Shown in pieces: positions 48,130 to 60,439 of a DNA stretch of 64,000 nt. Made by a program: the position numbers and the translations under genes. The notes beneath the pieces were generated by a model that searched no databases, had not been told where the DNA came from, and saw nothing but the letters and a program-made list of their open reading frames with translations. The DNA lies in NCBI GenBank assembly GCA_950097015.1, contig CATNEN010000011.1, forward strand, positions 2,294,001-2,358,000, read 5' to 3'. This stretch comes from Macrostomum hystrix (taxonomy: Eukaryota; Animalia; Platyhelminthes). Position 1 is the stretch's first letter; the number at the start of each line of letters is the position of its first letter.

Positions 48130-48560
48130 TTGATAATTAGGCCATGTGATAATTAGGCCAGGTTATAATTAGGCCAGGTGATAATTAGGCCAGGTGATAA
48201 TTAGGTCAGGTGATAATTAGGCCAGGTGATAATTAGGCTAGGTGATAATTAGGCCAGGCGATAATTAGGCCAGGTGATAATTAGGCCAACTGATAATTAG
48301 GTCAGGTGATAATTAGGCCAGGTGATAATTAGGCCAGGTGATAATTAGGCTAGGTGATAATTAGGCCAGGCGATAATTAGGCCAGGTGATAATTAGGCCA
48401 ACTGATAATTAGGTCAGGTGATAATTAGGCCAGGTGATAATTAGGCCAGGTGATAATTAGGCCAGGCGATAATTAGGCCAGGTGATAATTAGGCCAACTG
48501 ATAATTAGACAAGGTGATAATTAGGCCAGGTGACAATCAAGCCAGGTCATAATTAAGCCG
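48130..48560. repeat. 16-bp minisatellite ATAATTAGGCCAGGTG, NCAM intron 2
   Basis: Directly visible; runs up to the exon-2 donor. Confidence 0.96.
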
Positions 48561-48569
48561 GTGTCTTAC

Positions 48570-48817
48570 CGGATATCTCCATTTTGAGCTTAGCGTAGCC
48601 TGAGTTCTTCTCTTCGGACAGCTGCACCCGGCCGGACATCGCCGCAACGTCCTCTGCGCTGTCTCCGTCGCCCTCGCGCTGGAACTTCAAAGCGATGTCG
48701 GCCGAGTCGGCGCCCTGAGCCCTGCAGCTCAAAGCTGCCGTTGAGCCGACCTGGGCCGAGGCGTGCATCAGGGACTTCTCTGTGATGCGTGGCTTGTAGA
48801 TCACTTTCGGCGTGAGC
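48570..48817 (-). CDS. NCAM: NCAM/Fasciclin II-like, exon 2 (most of Ig4)
   Basis: Acceptor ctcaAG at 48819-18 (phase 2, GA|G = E) and donor GTAAGA at 48569 (phase 1). IYKPRI...GSTAALSCRAQG...AKLKMEI. Confidence 0.92.
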
Positions 48818-48974
48818 CTTGAGGAATTCAGAATGACAGTCTTTTAGGGATTTGTTTGGATATTGGATTTACCGATTGATTTGCTTGGTTTTTGGCCAAA
48901 TCCGTTTGGGTACGCAAATCGGTTAGGGATCTCGAGCTGTAATGTGGATCAGGGATTTGGAGAGACTGAAATTG

Positions 48975-49490
48975 TATTCTGTGATCAGAGGGGACCAGAA
49001 GGATGGGAATCAGGGGATTGTTGATCAGAGTGATGTGGATCAAATGGATAGGGATCAGAAGAATAGGGATCAGAGGGATAGGGATTAGAGGGATGGGAAT
49101 CAGAGGGATGGGATCAGAGGGATGGGGATCAGAAGCATGGGGATCAGAAGGGATGGGGATCAAAGGGATGGTATCAGAGGGATGGGAATCAGAAGAATGG
49201 GGATCAGAAGGGATGGGGATCAGAAGAATGAGGATCAGAAGGAATGGGGATCAAAGGGATTGGGTATCAAAGGGATGGGTATCAGAGGGATGGGGATCAA
49301 AGGGATGGGGATCAAAGGGATGGGGATCAAAGGGATGGGGATCAAAGGGATGGGGATCAAAGGGATGGGGATCAAAGGGATGGGGATCAAAGGGATGGGG
49401 ATCAAAGGGATGGGGATCAAAGGGATGGGGATCAAAGAAATTGGGATCAGAAGGATGGGATCAGAGGGATGGGATCAAAGAGATGCGATC
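48975..49490. repeat. 15-bp GGGATGGGGATCA(A/G)A minisatellite, NCAM intron 1
   Basis: Directly visible. Confidence 0.95.
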
Positions 49491-50154
49491 ATTGTGACGG
49501 AGATTTAAAATACGCTCGTATAAATATATTGTTGTTTAGTATCGTTTAAAAGCCTAGATTATTTTGATGAGACGATGAAATGACATCAAACTATGCATGA
49601 CGTAATCAATGATAAAAAAGCAACTCGAATGAGAATGAGTATGTGAATGAGAACAGCTCCAAGACTTGAAGCATCAATCCATGCAGACTCAAATTGATGG
49701 ATGGGTGAATCTGCACAACCCCCGTGGATCAAGTCCTTGCCATAAGTAAAGCTTTATTTTTATCCCTAATCTTTTATCCTCACGAAACACAGGCCCCATT
49801 GCTTCTATCAGTATCAAGTTTCGCGATCAAGGCATTGCTACATTTTTCTGTCTCTAAGCAGTCGGCAGATTTAGGTTTTCTGTTTTTTTTACGGAGAATA
49901 TTGTTGCCAGACAGAATACATTAGATGCTGGACTTATAGCAGGAAAATCTAATATACATATTTACGTATATTATATTCTCAATTAATTTACCTCTTGTTT
50001 TTTCCCAATTGATATCAGGTTGTTTTACTCTATGGGATTTTGTAGCCTAGTAGTTAAAGCATCGGTTGGACATTTCACCAAGCGGTCGTGAGTTCGATTC
50101 TATTGTTTTATTATTTTATTATTATTATGTTTTTATATAGAACAACGAGGCTAT

Positions 50155-50420
50155 GGGGTTCTGCCTAGAGGTTAGAGCGTCGGACTCACGACTTGAAGGT
50201 CGGGGGTTCGATTCCCGACTCTACTGGAACAATCTGTGTCCTTTAGCAAGACGCTTAACTCTGTATTGCTTCTGTTCACACAGCTGTGGCAACTGGCGGT
50301 GGGTGTAGCGTCCCCCCAGTCCATGGACTGAGTAATCGTACGCAGCCTTCAGATGCGCCGCCCAACAGCCGCGGCTGCACTTTTTGACTAATTGGGGCCG
50401 GTATAAGCAATTATCATTAC
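50155..50420 (+). mobile_element. CORE-like tRNA-derived SINE family B
   Basis: A-box-like GCCTAGAGGTTAG and B-box GGTTCGATTCC, then a body resembling the MIR CORE (GTGTCCTTTAGCAAGACGCTTAACTCTG...). Confidence 0.8.
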
Positions 50421-51064
50421 TTTAATTACTGTTATTTACTCTACTCTGCTCTATTCTATTCACTTCTCTCATTCTTTAAAATGTTGGTATCATTAATTTT
50501 CTCTGTTATCGATTCAAAGATATTAGGCTTATTTACAAAGAGTGCATGATTTTGTTTAACTGCATTAGTACCAGGAAAAATTTAACGACCGTTTTCGTAT
50601 CGAAATCAAACTAAATAGAAAATAATTGTTCACTTCTTCGAAACACATTAAGCAGCGTGCGATTCTGGTCTAATGGCTTAATTGGAATTTTTCTGTAGTT
50701 TTTATAGAAAGTATATAGTCACTAGTAACAGGCCGAGTGACGTAGAAGACGAAATTACTTGCCAAATGAATCAATTTTTCGGCTGCGATGGCAGGTTGAG
50801 CTTGATCGATAAATTTGCTGGCAAAACAGGAAAACTATTTCTGCATCATCTGCTTGAGTTGGTGCTGATGTAGCCAATTTCTACCGGAGGTGCGCATGGA
50901 TACTAAATCCATCTGAACAGACACCCCACTCCTCTTCTTCTCTGCTTCTTAGCACTGCAATTTTTTTTCCGTCCAACCTTCTCAACCTCTTATCTGAGCT
51001 CTGCCTATCTTTATTATATCTTATCTAGCGATCTGATCTCGTCTGTGACCTTTTTATGTCTCCG

Positions 51065-51300
51065 ATTGCGCGGCGCATATGAAGGCTGCGTACGGCTGTT
51101 CAGTCCATGGACTGGGGGGAAGCCACACCCACCCCCAATTGCCCCAGCTGATGATGGTACCCATTTAAGAGCTGGGTAAACTGAAGCAATTCAGAGTTAA
51201 GTGTCTAACTAAAGGAAAAAAATTGTTCCAGTGGAATCGGGAATCGAACCCCCGACCTTCTAGTCGCGAATCCGACGCTCTAACCACTAACCACTAGGCA
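51065..51300 (-). mobile_element. CORE-like SINE family B
   Basis: Reverse-complement copy of the 50155 element. Confidence 0.8.
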
Positions 51301-51964
51301 AAAAACGCAGACATTCGTTAAAAATGCATAATCCAAGTGTGAGATAGGGAGGGCAGCACAACTAGATAATATAGAAGTTGGAAAGAAATTCAATTTCCTA
51401 GGGGGAGAGCTAGGAGAAGCAGATTAGAAAATATTGGCATTGGGACAAGAACTTTTTTCAGGGAAGGCATTAAATTATACAGAAATCTAGGCACGTGGAA
51501 AAATAGCCTTCCCAAACCTAATAGGCAGAGTTCTCTAAGTTACGTAATAACCTTGCAATACACTACCCAGCGCGCAGCATGTGAAATGAGTTACACTGTT
51601 ATATTGTTCTACACGTCGACAGAATATAATATAAAAACCAATGCTATATTTGCTACTATGGGTCTGCTCACGTGAGCACAATATATGAATAAGCTTCGGA
51701 ATTTTTATTGAAAGGTCAGGAGTTCGAATCTCAGTCCGAAATAATAAACTTTTACCCAGCCGAGCAAAGCACTTAATTATCCATCGATAAAAAAATGCTA
51801 GAAAATGTGTAGTATGTGTATGTGTATGTGTAGTATGATTAGCTGAAACGGAAATTCGGGTGTACATGTGTGGCGACCTCCCCTGTCCATGAACTCAACA
51901 ACTGTACACGGACTTTAGAAGTGCCATTGATTAGCTGCTGCTGTGTAGCCCAAATTGGCTAATA

Positions 51965-52190
51965 AAAAATAATAATTGCAGGAGGGCTGTGGGAAATGGC
52001 ACATCATTTGGTGACACTAGACCCGCAGCCAGCAAGGTGACAATTCTGCCCATTTCGCTGACTCCTGAGCACACACGCACACACAGGTGTGTACATCTGC
52101 CCTGACTTTCTCGTCGTCAGGCAGTGTACACTCTTAGTGAGTGACTTGGAGGTTGGCCCTCAAGGGCGTAAATTGTACGACAAGCGCCCC
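51965..52190 (-). mobile_element. SINE family A, 5'-truncated copy
   Basis: AATAATAAT tail followed by the family A body. Confidence 0.72.
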
Positions 52191-52714
52191 TTGTTCCTTG
52201 TTCTAAAACAGAACAATTCGGTTCTATAGTAGGAGCTGGACCTCTTAAAAAGTTTGGGAAAATGAATCTGGTCTATTGAATAATTACTATATAATATCTT
52301 GCTTTATATACCAGGCCTCAAAGATGCTGGGAATAAAACTAAAGAGAAATTATTCTTCATTTCGATTGGTCAAAGCTGAAGCCTTCTAAAAGTCTTTTTG
52401 GTTGGAGAGTAAGGGGATTAAAGATTAGAGACATGTAGCGGTTACGACTCAGCGCATGCGTTAGTGTGAGATTTATTAGTCTAACTAGAAAGCTCTGCAC
52501 AAAATCCAATAAAAAGCTTATAAAACTAGCTTGATAATGCAATAAAACTGTTTAATATACTGCTTTATTTTTTGGAGTGTGGAATTAAGACCTGCTATGG
52601 GGCTGAAATTGTATGGGTAAAATCTAGTAAAGTAGTGAAGCTCTGTCACTTATCCTGAAATACTAACCCTAGAGCTTAAATTTACAAATACTGAACCTGA
52701 TTCCTACGGTCTTA

Positions 52715-53005
52715 TGGCTTATGTCGAAATCCCATCACAATCCTGTCGAAATCCCACCCTTCTGTCGAAATCCCACCACATTTCTGTCGAAATCCCATCA
52801 CATTTCTGTCGAAATCCCATAACTTTAGTCGAAATCCCATCACGTTTCTGTCGAAATCCCATCACATTTCTGTCGAAATCCTATAAAATTTCTGTCGAAA
52901 TCCCATCCCTTCTGTCGAAATCCCATCCCTTCTGTCGAAATTCCATCCCTTCTGTCGAAATCCCATCCCTTCGGTCGAAATCCCATCACTTTTGTCGAAA
53001 TGCCA
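52715..53005. repeat. ~19-22 bp repeat TGTCGAAATCCCATC.., NCAM intron 1
   Basis: Directly visible; starts ~50 nt from the exon-1 donor. Confidence 0.93.
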
Positions 53006-53057
53006 TCACTGGCCAACTTGGTAAGATCTAAGGTCAAATAAAAGTCACGTGACTCAC

Positions 53058-54226
53058 TCCATCATGTCCGTCACCAGGACGCCAGCCTCCTGAATAGTCA
53101 GGGTGGCGCGGCAGGCAAACGTCGGCACCGGACGAAGAAACGCCGCCTCATCGGGCTCCACCTGATTCGGCCCGGCTGCTCCGTTGCCCATGAAGTTGAA
53201 CACTTTGAGCACAGATTTGGTGAGCACCCGCTGCTGTTCCGTTGATGGCTCGTCCCGCCGGCTGGCGAAGGCGAACTCAGTCAGGCTGGCAGGATCGGAG
53301 AAGTCGATCGGCCGGCCGCGGACCAGCCAGTCGATTTGGGCCGCTGGCCAAGAATCCACGAGGCAAGCGAATTCGTTAGTGAGGCCTTGAACCGCTTTAC
53401 CGTCTTCCTTTTCGCTGCCGCCAACGCCGACAATCCAGGGTCCACGAACGATGCGCGGATTTCTATAGACGCGCAGCTGAACAACTTGCACATCGATTTG
53501 AGCGTCCAGGTCGCTGGTGCCACCAGAACGCAGGCGGCCCTGACAGGCGTAGGCACCTGCGTCCTCCGGGGAAGCTCTGGAGACAAGCAGGGTGGAGCCA
53601 TTCGCTCGAATCCGAGAATTTGCAACTGGCGAACTGACGTCGAAGATTCGTCTCTGCTTGCTGTACCAGGACACGTCGACATTGTCGACGGAGCCAACTG
53701 GCGTACAGAAGGCCTGGCCATCGCTGCCCTGACGCAGCCATTGAACTGGGGAGGCCGCCAGGCGAAGTCGATCGATGACATCCACCCGGAGGCTGGCGGC
53801 GGCGCCGGTTTCTTCGTCTTTGCAAACAAAGATGCCAGAGTGACGCTCGCGAGAGACGTGTGGCGCCACCAGAAGAGCGGTTGCTAAGCGACCATTGTCC
53901 GCCGTGTCTGTCAGGACAAAATCGGCCTCCTGGTCTGCCGGAGATCCGATGAATATATTTACGGAGCTACCGTCAGGTTCCAGCCAAGTCAGGCCGCCGA
54001 CTGCCGAGTGGCGACTGCGTTGAAGGCAGCAGCTGAGCAGCAGGCGTTCGCCGGTGAACACCCGCTTGGGACGATCGCCGCTGCTGACGCCGGGCTCGTT
54101 CAGTGTCGGACAGTAGCCGGGCAGCTCCTGGCTGGCAACGCTTTTCGCTGCGACCGACAGAAGGCCGATGAAAGCGACGAGAGTTGTTAGGATGACTGAA
54201 GTCTTTATGACAGACATGCCAATCAT
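53058..54226 (-). CDS. NCAM: NCAM/Fasciclin II-like, exon 1 (signal peptide, Ig1-Ig3)
   Basis: ATG at 54226 (or 54217) followed by a hydrophobic signal peptide, three Ig repeats (C...W...G.F/Y.C) and donor GTGAGT at 53057. The four exons sum to 2586 nt = 861 aa + stop. Confidence 0.92.
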
Positions 54227-55360
54227 TCGACCACTTCGACCGTTGAGTGGTCGCTGGGTGGCTACAAAGTTTAGCAAGATAAGTGGAAATCTAAATTTAT
54301 GGATAATTAACGATTAATTAATATGATTTTATTGTTATATTACATTTTTGCCTTGAATAGATGTGTAGAAGCTAAATACTTACATTTAAATGTCAAATCT
54401 CTGTAACTTATTAATGAAAGTAATAACAAATATAAGGTGTACGTAATAGTATTGACTATTGTATAGCCAGTTTAGTTATATAAAAAATATTATATTAAGT
54501 AAAATGCTTTTTTTGAACGACAAATGTTTAAGTGAATCGAAATGAATCAGTGAAACGTGATTGAATGACTCTTCTGACCACAAACTTCATCATACTACCA
54601 CTACCAGCAACAAACGTTTTTCACAGAAAATAAAAAAAGCTTAAAAAACATATAGACTACGATTAAAAAAAAGGAATTCTCAAGACAAAAGTTCACAATA
54701 TTTTTTTAAATAAAAATAAATAAAAATGCTTGGTTTAAATATATATTAAAAAGACACAAGATATGTGGGCTTAAACCATTCTGGCCAATCTGGGATTTAA
54801 GTTTAATGATTTTTTAAATCACAAAAATTGTAATGAAAAAAATTGTTTGTAGTCGAATCGTTCTGAATTTTGTTCTTATAAAAGTATAGATACGTATAGC
54901 TTAGATTTTTGCGGGTATATATTGAATTATATTGTATAGCAGTAAATAGTATATACTGTTTTGCAATGCTTGAGAAATATGAAAAAGTATAGCTATTTAG
55001 TTATTAGGATCTGTTGACAGAAGATAAATCTCGAAATTAACATCACCTTCTATTTCTTATAATTCCATAAAATCAAGCTTTTAAATTGTCGAATATTGCC
55101 AAATTAAAAAAGCTGTCCATTTAGAGTCCCATTTCGATTTGCTGCACATACGCTTTTAAATAGGTTTGCAACTTAAAAACACGAACAGACTCGTTGACAT
55201 ATGTATTAAGAGAACAACATTGTATTATACAAGACATAAACACAACTACATAATTTATTTTATATGCCTTTAATTAACTTTAGATTTTTACTAGAATAAA
55301 TACTCCGATAAAAAAGGATCCATTTTGTTTTATCGTTTTAAACTCGTAAACCTCCGTTTT

Positions 55361-55680
55361 ATAATAATAATAATAATTGAACCTACACCTGCACCTACAA
55401 TTGGGCCAGATGTGCAGCTGACAGCTCAGCCGCAGCTATTGCGCGGCGTATATGAAGGCTATTTATGTCTGTTCAGTGCATGGACTGTGGGATGTCATAC
55501 CTTACCTCAGCTGATGCTGGTACCAATTTAACAGCTGGGTACGTGAACTGAAACATTGCAGAGTTAAGTGTCTTGCCAAAGGACACAAATTGTTCCAGTG
55601 GAATCGGGAATCGAACCCCCGACCTTCTAACCACTCGCGAGTCGCGAGTCCGACGCTCTAACCACTAGGCTACAGCCTCC
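55361..55680 (-). mobile_element. Near full-length CORE-like SINE family B with (TTA)n tail
   Basis: Reverse complement has A-box TAGCCTAGTGG, B-box GGTTCGATTCC, GTGTCCTTTGGCAAGACACTTAACTCTGCAATGTTTCAGTTC...CTGTTAAATTGG (MIR-CORE-like) and ends ATTATTATTATTAT. Confidence 0.88.
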
Positions 55681-56852
55681 TACAACCTTCGTTTAACATT
55701 TTAACAGTAATCTTAATTAGGCAATCGAAGTAACAAACTTGTAATGCCTTTAAAGCAACATATGACTGCTAATATTAAGCTGCGTTTTCGATCAAACTTT
55801 ATGTACGATTTATGACGTTCTTTCTACGTTAGCTATCCACATTAAGATCCTGGTAGAGCCTTTAAACATCATTTTTAAAAAGAACAAGCCTTTCATTTTT
55901 TCGATTCGAAAATGGAAGCACCATCCATACATGGACTATTTAATATTAACTGTTAACTGTTTATTTATTATTTTATTAAACTGTTTGGACGTACAAACAA
56001 AAGCTTACATTGCCAGAAAGTGAAACAATTTTCTACACATAGTAACACGTTTATTTTTATTTTGTACTTCGTTTTTAACCAAATTTTAATGTTAAGTTAA
56101 AAAAACTTAAATAAGAGTAAAACTATGAAAAGTGTTAAAACCGATGCAAATGAAATTAAAGAAGATACAAAACTCTCATTGGGGCAAATAGAGACATTTG
56201 GACGCGAAAGCCAAAAGACATCTTCAGAAAACTTATAAAAACTATGTAAACTGTAATTTCATGCGTATTACATGTCATAACTGCGAACTAGTAGAATCGA
56301 TAGTAGCAATATTAGGATATGATACCAAGCTGTGTAAGATTTTGGTGCCGGATCTTAAAATAAAACCAAAATGAAGTCATTAGAAATGCTGTTAACACTT
56401 TAACTGCAGTAAAAAGATCGCAGATACTAAGAGCCAATCAGGCTAGTGAAAATTAAATATGATAATTTTTAAAGACTTGCAAAATTATTTTTGTGAATAA
56501 TGACAGCAGAGAAAGAAGCGAAGAAGCTAAGTGTTGCGGCATGACATAAAGTTTGTCTTGGGCGCTAAATAATAAAATAAATTTACTTAATTTCTAACAC
56601 ACCGCGATACTCCTATTGTGTTCGAGCAATATTTTTTGCTACTGAACACGATTCTGATCTATATTATTTTCATTCCGAACTTTTAAATCTAAATCAATGT
56701 ATAGAGAAATTATTCAATGACAACATTTGTATTAAATAAAGATAAAAAAGCTAACTGACTTCTCTTAAAAAGGAAAAGTCGTGAGAGTCTACGAGATCCG
56801 AAAAATGTCGTATTTGCAACTAGACACAACTAATTAGAATCGGTGTTGGACA

Positions 56853-57118
56853 CTAATCAACGCTTCGGTTTGGTCGATAGAATTTCACTCGACCCGGATA
56901 GATCTCGCTGATATTAACGCCCTGCCTGCGACTGGCAGCTTTGAATTTGTAGCCCAGGTGTAGAAACCTGTGCACCGCCAGCGTGCTGTTGTCGCTGTCG
57001 TCAATACGCCAGCGCTTCTCTTCCAGGGTGCGACAGCCGGCGAGGGCGACGCTCCAGTGGCTAATACCGACTGCGGCCGAAGCGTTTCGGGGGATGATTC
57101 GATAGCAGGGAATGTCTT
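56853..57118 (-). CDS. GT32 glycosyltransferase, last exon
   Basis: Acceptor gtcAG at 57120-19 (phase 1). Reads ...DNSTLAVHRFLHLG... to TAG at 56855-53. Phases are consistent, total 375 aa. Confidence 0.85.
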
Positions 57119-57129
57119 CTGACTTTATT

Positions 57130-58380
57130 TTAGATAGTAAAAACTAGGTGTAGGATGATGGAAACCAGTGTAGGATGATGGAAACCAGTGTAGGATGATG
57201 GAAACCAGTGTAGGATGATGGAAACCAGCGTAGGATGATGGTAACTAGTGTAGGATGATGGAAACCAGCGTAGGATGATGGTAACTAGTGTAGGATGATG
57301 GAAACCAGCGTAGGATGATGAAAACCAGCGTAGGATGATGGAAACCAGCGTAGGATGATGGAAACCAGCGTAGGATGATGGAAACCAGTGTAGGATGATG
57401 GAAACCAGCGTAGGATGATGGAAACCAGTGTAGGATGATGGAAACCAGTGTAGGATGATGGAAACCAGTGTAGGATGATGGAAACCAGAGTAGGATGATG
57501 GAAACCAGTGTAGGATGATGGAAACCAGTGTAGGATGATGGAAACCAGTGTAGGATGATGGAAACCAGTGTAGGATGATGGAAACCAGTGTAGGATGATG
57601 GAAACCAGTGTAGGATGATGGAAACCAGTGTAGGATGATGGAAACCAGTGTAGGATGATGGAAACCAGTGTAGGATGAGGGAAACCAGCGTAGGATGATG
57701 GAAACCAGTGTAGGATGATGGAAACCAGTGTAGGATGATGGAAACCAGTGTAGGATGATGGAAACCAGAGTAGGATGATGGAAACCAGTGTAGGATGATG
57801 GAAACCAGTGTAGGATGATGGAAACCAGTGTAGGATGATGGAAACCAGTGTAGGATGATGGAAACCAGAGTAGGATGATGGAAACCAGTGTAGGATGATG
57901 GAAACCAGTGTAGGATGATGGAAACCAGTGTAGGATGATGGAAACCAGCGTAGGATGATGGAAACCAGTGTAGGATGATGGAAACCAGCGTAGGATGATG
58001 GAAACCAGCGTAGGATGATGGAAACCAGCGTAGGATGATGGAAACCAGCGTAGGATGATGGAAACCAGTGAAGGATGATGGAAACCAGTGAAGGATGATG
58101 GAAACCAGCGAAGAATAATGGATAGCAGCGAAATATAATGGACACCAGGTGTAGGATAATGAAAACTAGGCGTAGGATGAAGGAAACCAGATGTAGGATA
58201 ATGGAAACCAGGTTTAGGATGAATGAAACCAGGTGTAGGATGAATGAAACCAGGTGTAGCATAAATTAAACCAGGTGTAGGATAAATGAAACCAGGTGTA
58301 GGATGAATGAAACCAGGTGTAGGATAAATTAAACCAGGTGTAGGATGAATGAAACCAGGTGTAGGATTCCAACCGTCAAA
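57130..58380. repeat. 19-bp minisatellite GTAGGATGATGGAAACCAG(T/C) filling almost the whole GT32 last intron
   Basis: Directly visible. Confidence 0.97.
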
Positions 58381-58408
58381 TAACTGAAACAATTAGACTC
58401 CCACTCAC

Positions 58409-58789
58409 GAGTATAACGGCACTTCTGCTTCCAATTAAGTCCCGAGTCCAGCAGTGGCGACATGACCTTGGCTTCCAACAGAGCAATGGGCGCCATTGAC
58501 GCGTCCCTGTTAACCACATCCGAATACTGTTTGTACTTCTGCGTCAACAGGCGCGGCCCAGTGCTGTCGAAAGCGTTCCCAGTCCGGCTAAAACTGGCCA
58601 TGGCATCGATCATGACCTTAAAAAACGGATGACCGGGCGCTGAGCCCATCGCTGAGTTCATTGCGCTGAACGGCATCGACCATAATATATTGCTCTGTTC
58701 TGTTCGCTCCTGGTCAAGAAAGGCTGGCAGGCGTGACAAGGCGGGAAAGAAGGGCCGCTTGCACTCGATGTCCATGTCTAAGTAGATGC
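58409..58789 (-). CDS. GT32 glycosyltransferase, coding exon 3 (DXD motif)
   Basis: G|GIYLDMDIEC, SAPGHPFFKVMI and STGPRLLT. Acceptor at 58791-90, donor GTGAGT at 58408. Confidence 0.92.
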
Positions 58790-58941
58790 CTGGTCGATTG
58801 ATAATAAATAATTGCACTTTTTATTTATTAGATAAAAAACAACGAATGCTATTTCTTAGTAGGTTAATTAGGAAGTTTACCTAAATTCGTCGTTAATTCG
58901 ACTGCAAAACATGTCTTCTTTTCTTGGTTTATAAAAGACAT

Positions 58942-59074
58942 GGACTTCTCTAGCTAGCATCTGGACTGGAAGGCTCTGCCCCAAGTCTACAACGTGAGGC
59001 TATTTATTTCCCGGCTGATAAAACCAACATGTATTTCACCAGCAATCCTAGCTAGATGCTAGCTAGAGAAGTCC
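58942..59074. mobile_element. 133-bp MITE-like hairpin element with 21-bp perfect TIRs
   Basis: GGACTTCTCTAGCTAGCATCT at 58942-62 and its exact reverse complement at 59054-74; no clear TSD. Confidence 0.6.
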
Positions 59075-59666
59075 CTGATGAAAGCCATTTTTCCACTCGG
59101 TCTAAAATATACATCCACTTTCTATTCGAATTATAGTTCAATTTATTATTCGTCAAAACGACAAGGTCAGTAAATATGAATGTACACGTAGTACAGTAGC
59201 GTTTCAAACGACAAATTTTTTATAAATGAAAATCTATCTTTCAACGCGATTTCCTCAAACTGAATAATAATGGGTCAGTTAAAAAAACATGCAGAACGTC
59301 AATAAGTTTGATTTGAGGGCTAAAATTTAGACTGCCGAGATAAGAGCTGAGATCATACTCGTAGTTATCTTACAATTCAGTTTATGATCTTCTCACCATC
59401 CCGCTATCTTCTGATTGGTCCACATTTAACCCCACCTTTAGCCTTAGCCTTAAGTTAGCCATTTTCTCTAACCCGTGTCTCACCTACTGACTACCGTCCC
59501 AACGCTCTTATCTTATCGCAGATGGCTGCCGCATCGTAATAATATTCACAATTCACACAACTGCTGCTAAAAGTTGACTATAACGTGCAACTCTTAAATT
59601 GATGTTTGTCTTATATGGGTAATAAAATATGGTTCTAAAATCGTTATTTTTTTTATTTTTACTTAC

Positions 59667-60084
59667 CGCCAAAATGGTGCAGCACAATATATCGTATAGA
59701 ATCGGCCCTCTCTAAATTGTCTTTGTAACTGCGATATTTTGCTAGAAAATTAGGATATTTGCTAGCAATAAAAGCCTCGGCATCGATGTCTCGCCACAGA
59801 TAGTAATCCCAGTCTGGATTCAAGGTCAAGCAGCTATTTATCAATGGCAGATAGTTCTCGTAGACCATTTCACTGGGAAAAGTTTGATGCAAAATCTTCG
59901 GAATGGACATTGTTGCCGACTTAGACCCAGCTGGGAAATTTTCACTAAGTGTTGAAGCATTGTCGCGCCTTGACTGAATACACCAAACACCGTCAACTAG
60001 GATTGGATGAGCCACTGGTGGCAACATGCCGCCTGGTATAACATGCGTGTGCAGTCGAAACTCCGGCACTCCAACAACCAGTAG
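59667..60084 (-). CDS. GT32 glycosyltransferase (MIPC synthase/SUR1-like), coding exon 2
   Basis: IPKILHQT...LNPDWDYYLW.D.DAE.F...YP.F...Y...LERADSIRYIVLHHFGG is the glycosyltransferase sugar-binding (DXD) family signature. Acceptor at 60086-85, donor GTAAGT at 59666. Confidence 0.93.
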
Positions 60085-60376
60085 CTGGCAGAATTGTGGT
60101 TTATTCAGGGATTTTTATTAAGCTCAATGGATAGTCATATTTTGTACAATCTAAACACCCTGTACCTCAGTGGGCAGTCATTGTCTTTACCCTGTAACTC
60201 AGTGGGCAGTCATTCACTTCACCCTGTACCTCAGTATGTAGTCATTGCATTCACAATGTATATCAGTATGCAGTCATTGTCTTCACCCTATACCTCAGTG
60301 CGCAGTCATTGTCTACAGACTAAACCTGCTTCAAAAAGCTTTAAAGCTTTTTGATGTCAAACAAATATTCACTTAC

Positions 60377-60439
60377 CCATAAGATAGTAAGGCCAAATAC
60401 TATAGATGCCAAAAGTTTTATTCTAGACTTTCTAGTCAT
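60377..60439 (-). CDS. GT32 glycosyltransferase, coding exon 1 (type II membrane anchor)
   Basis: MTRKSRIKLLASIVFGLTILW with donor GTAAGT at 60376, phase 0. Joins LLVVGVP to give a basic tail plus TM helix. A likely 5'UTR exon ends at the donor at 60991. Confidence 0.8.

Noticed and set aside
50030-50100. tRNA gene candidates (also ~50160, ~51720, ~55650)
   Set aside because: A/B boxes are present but there is no full cloverleaf; they are SINE heads or degenerate copies of them.
53184-54190. Plus-strand and alternate-frame ORFs overlapping NCAM exon 1 (likewise 22437-23112 at the GPCR and 46437-47058 at NCAM exon 3)
   Set aside because: Shadow ORFs of GC-rich real exons.
57130-58392. 420-aa and 325-aa repeat ORFs
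   Set aside because: They lie inside a GT-AG intron of the GT32 gene whose flanking exons join in frame.
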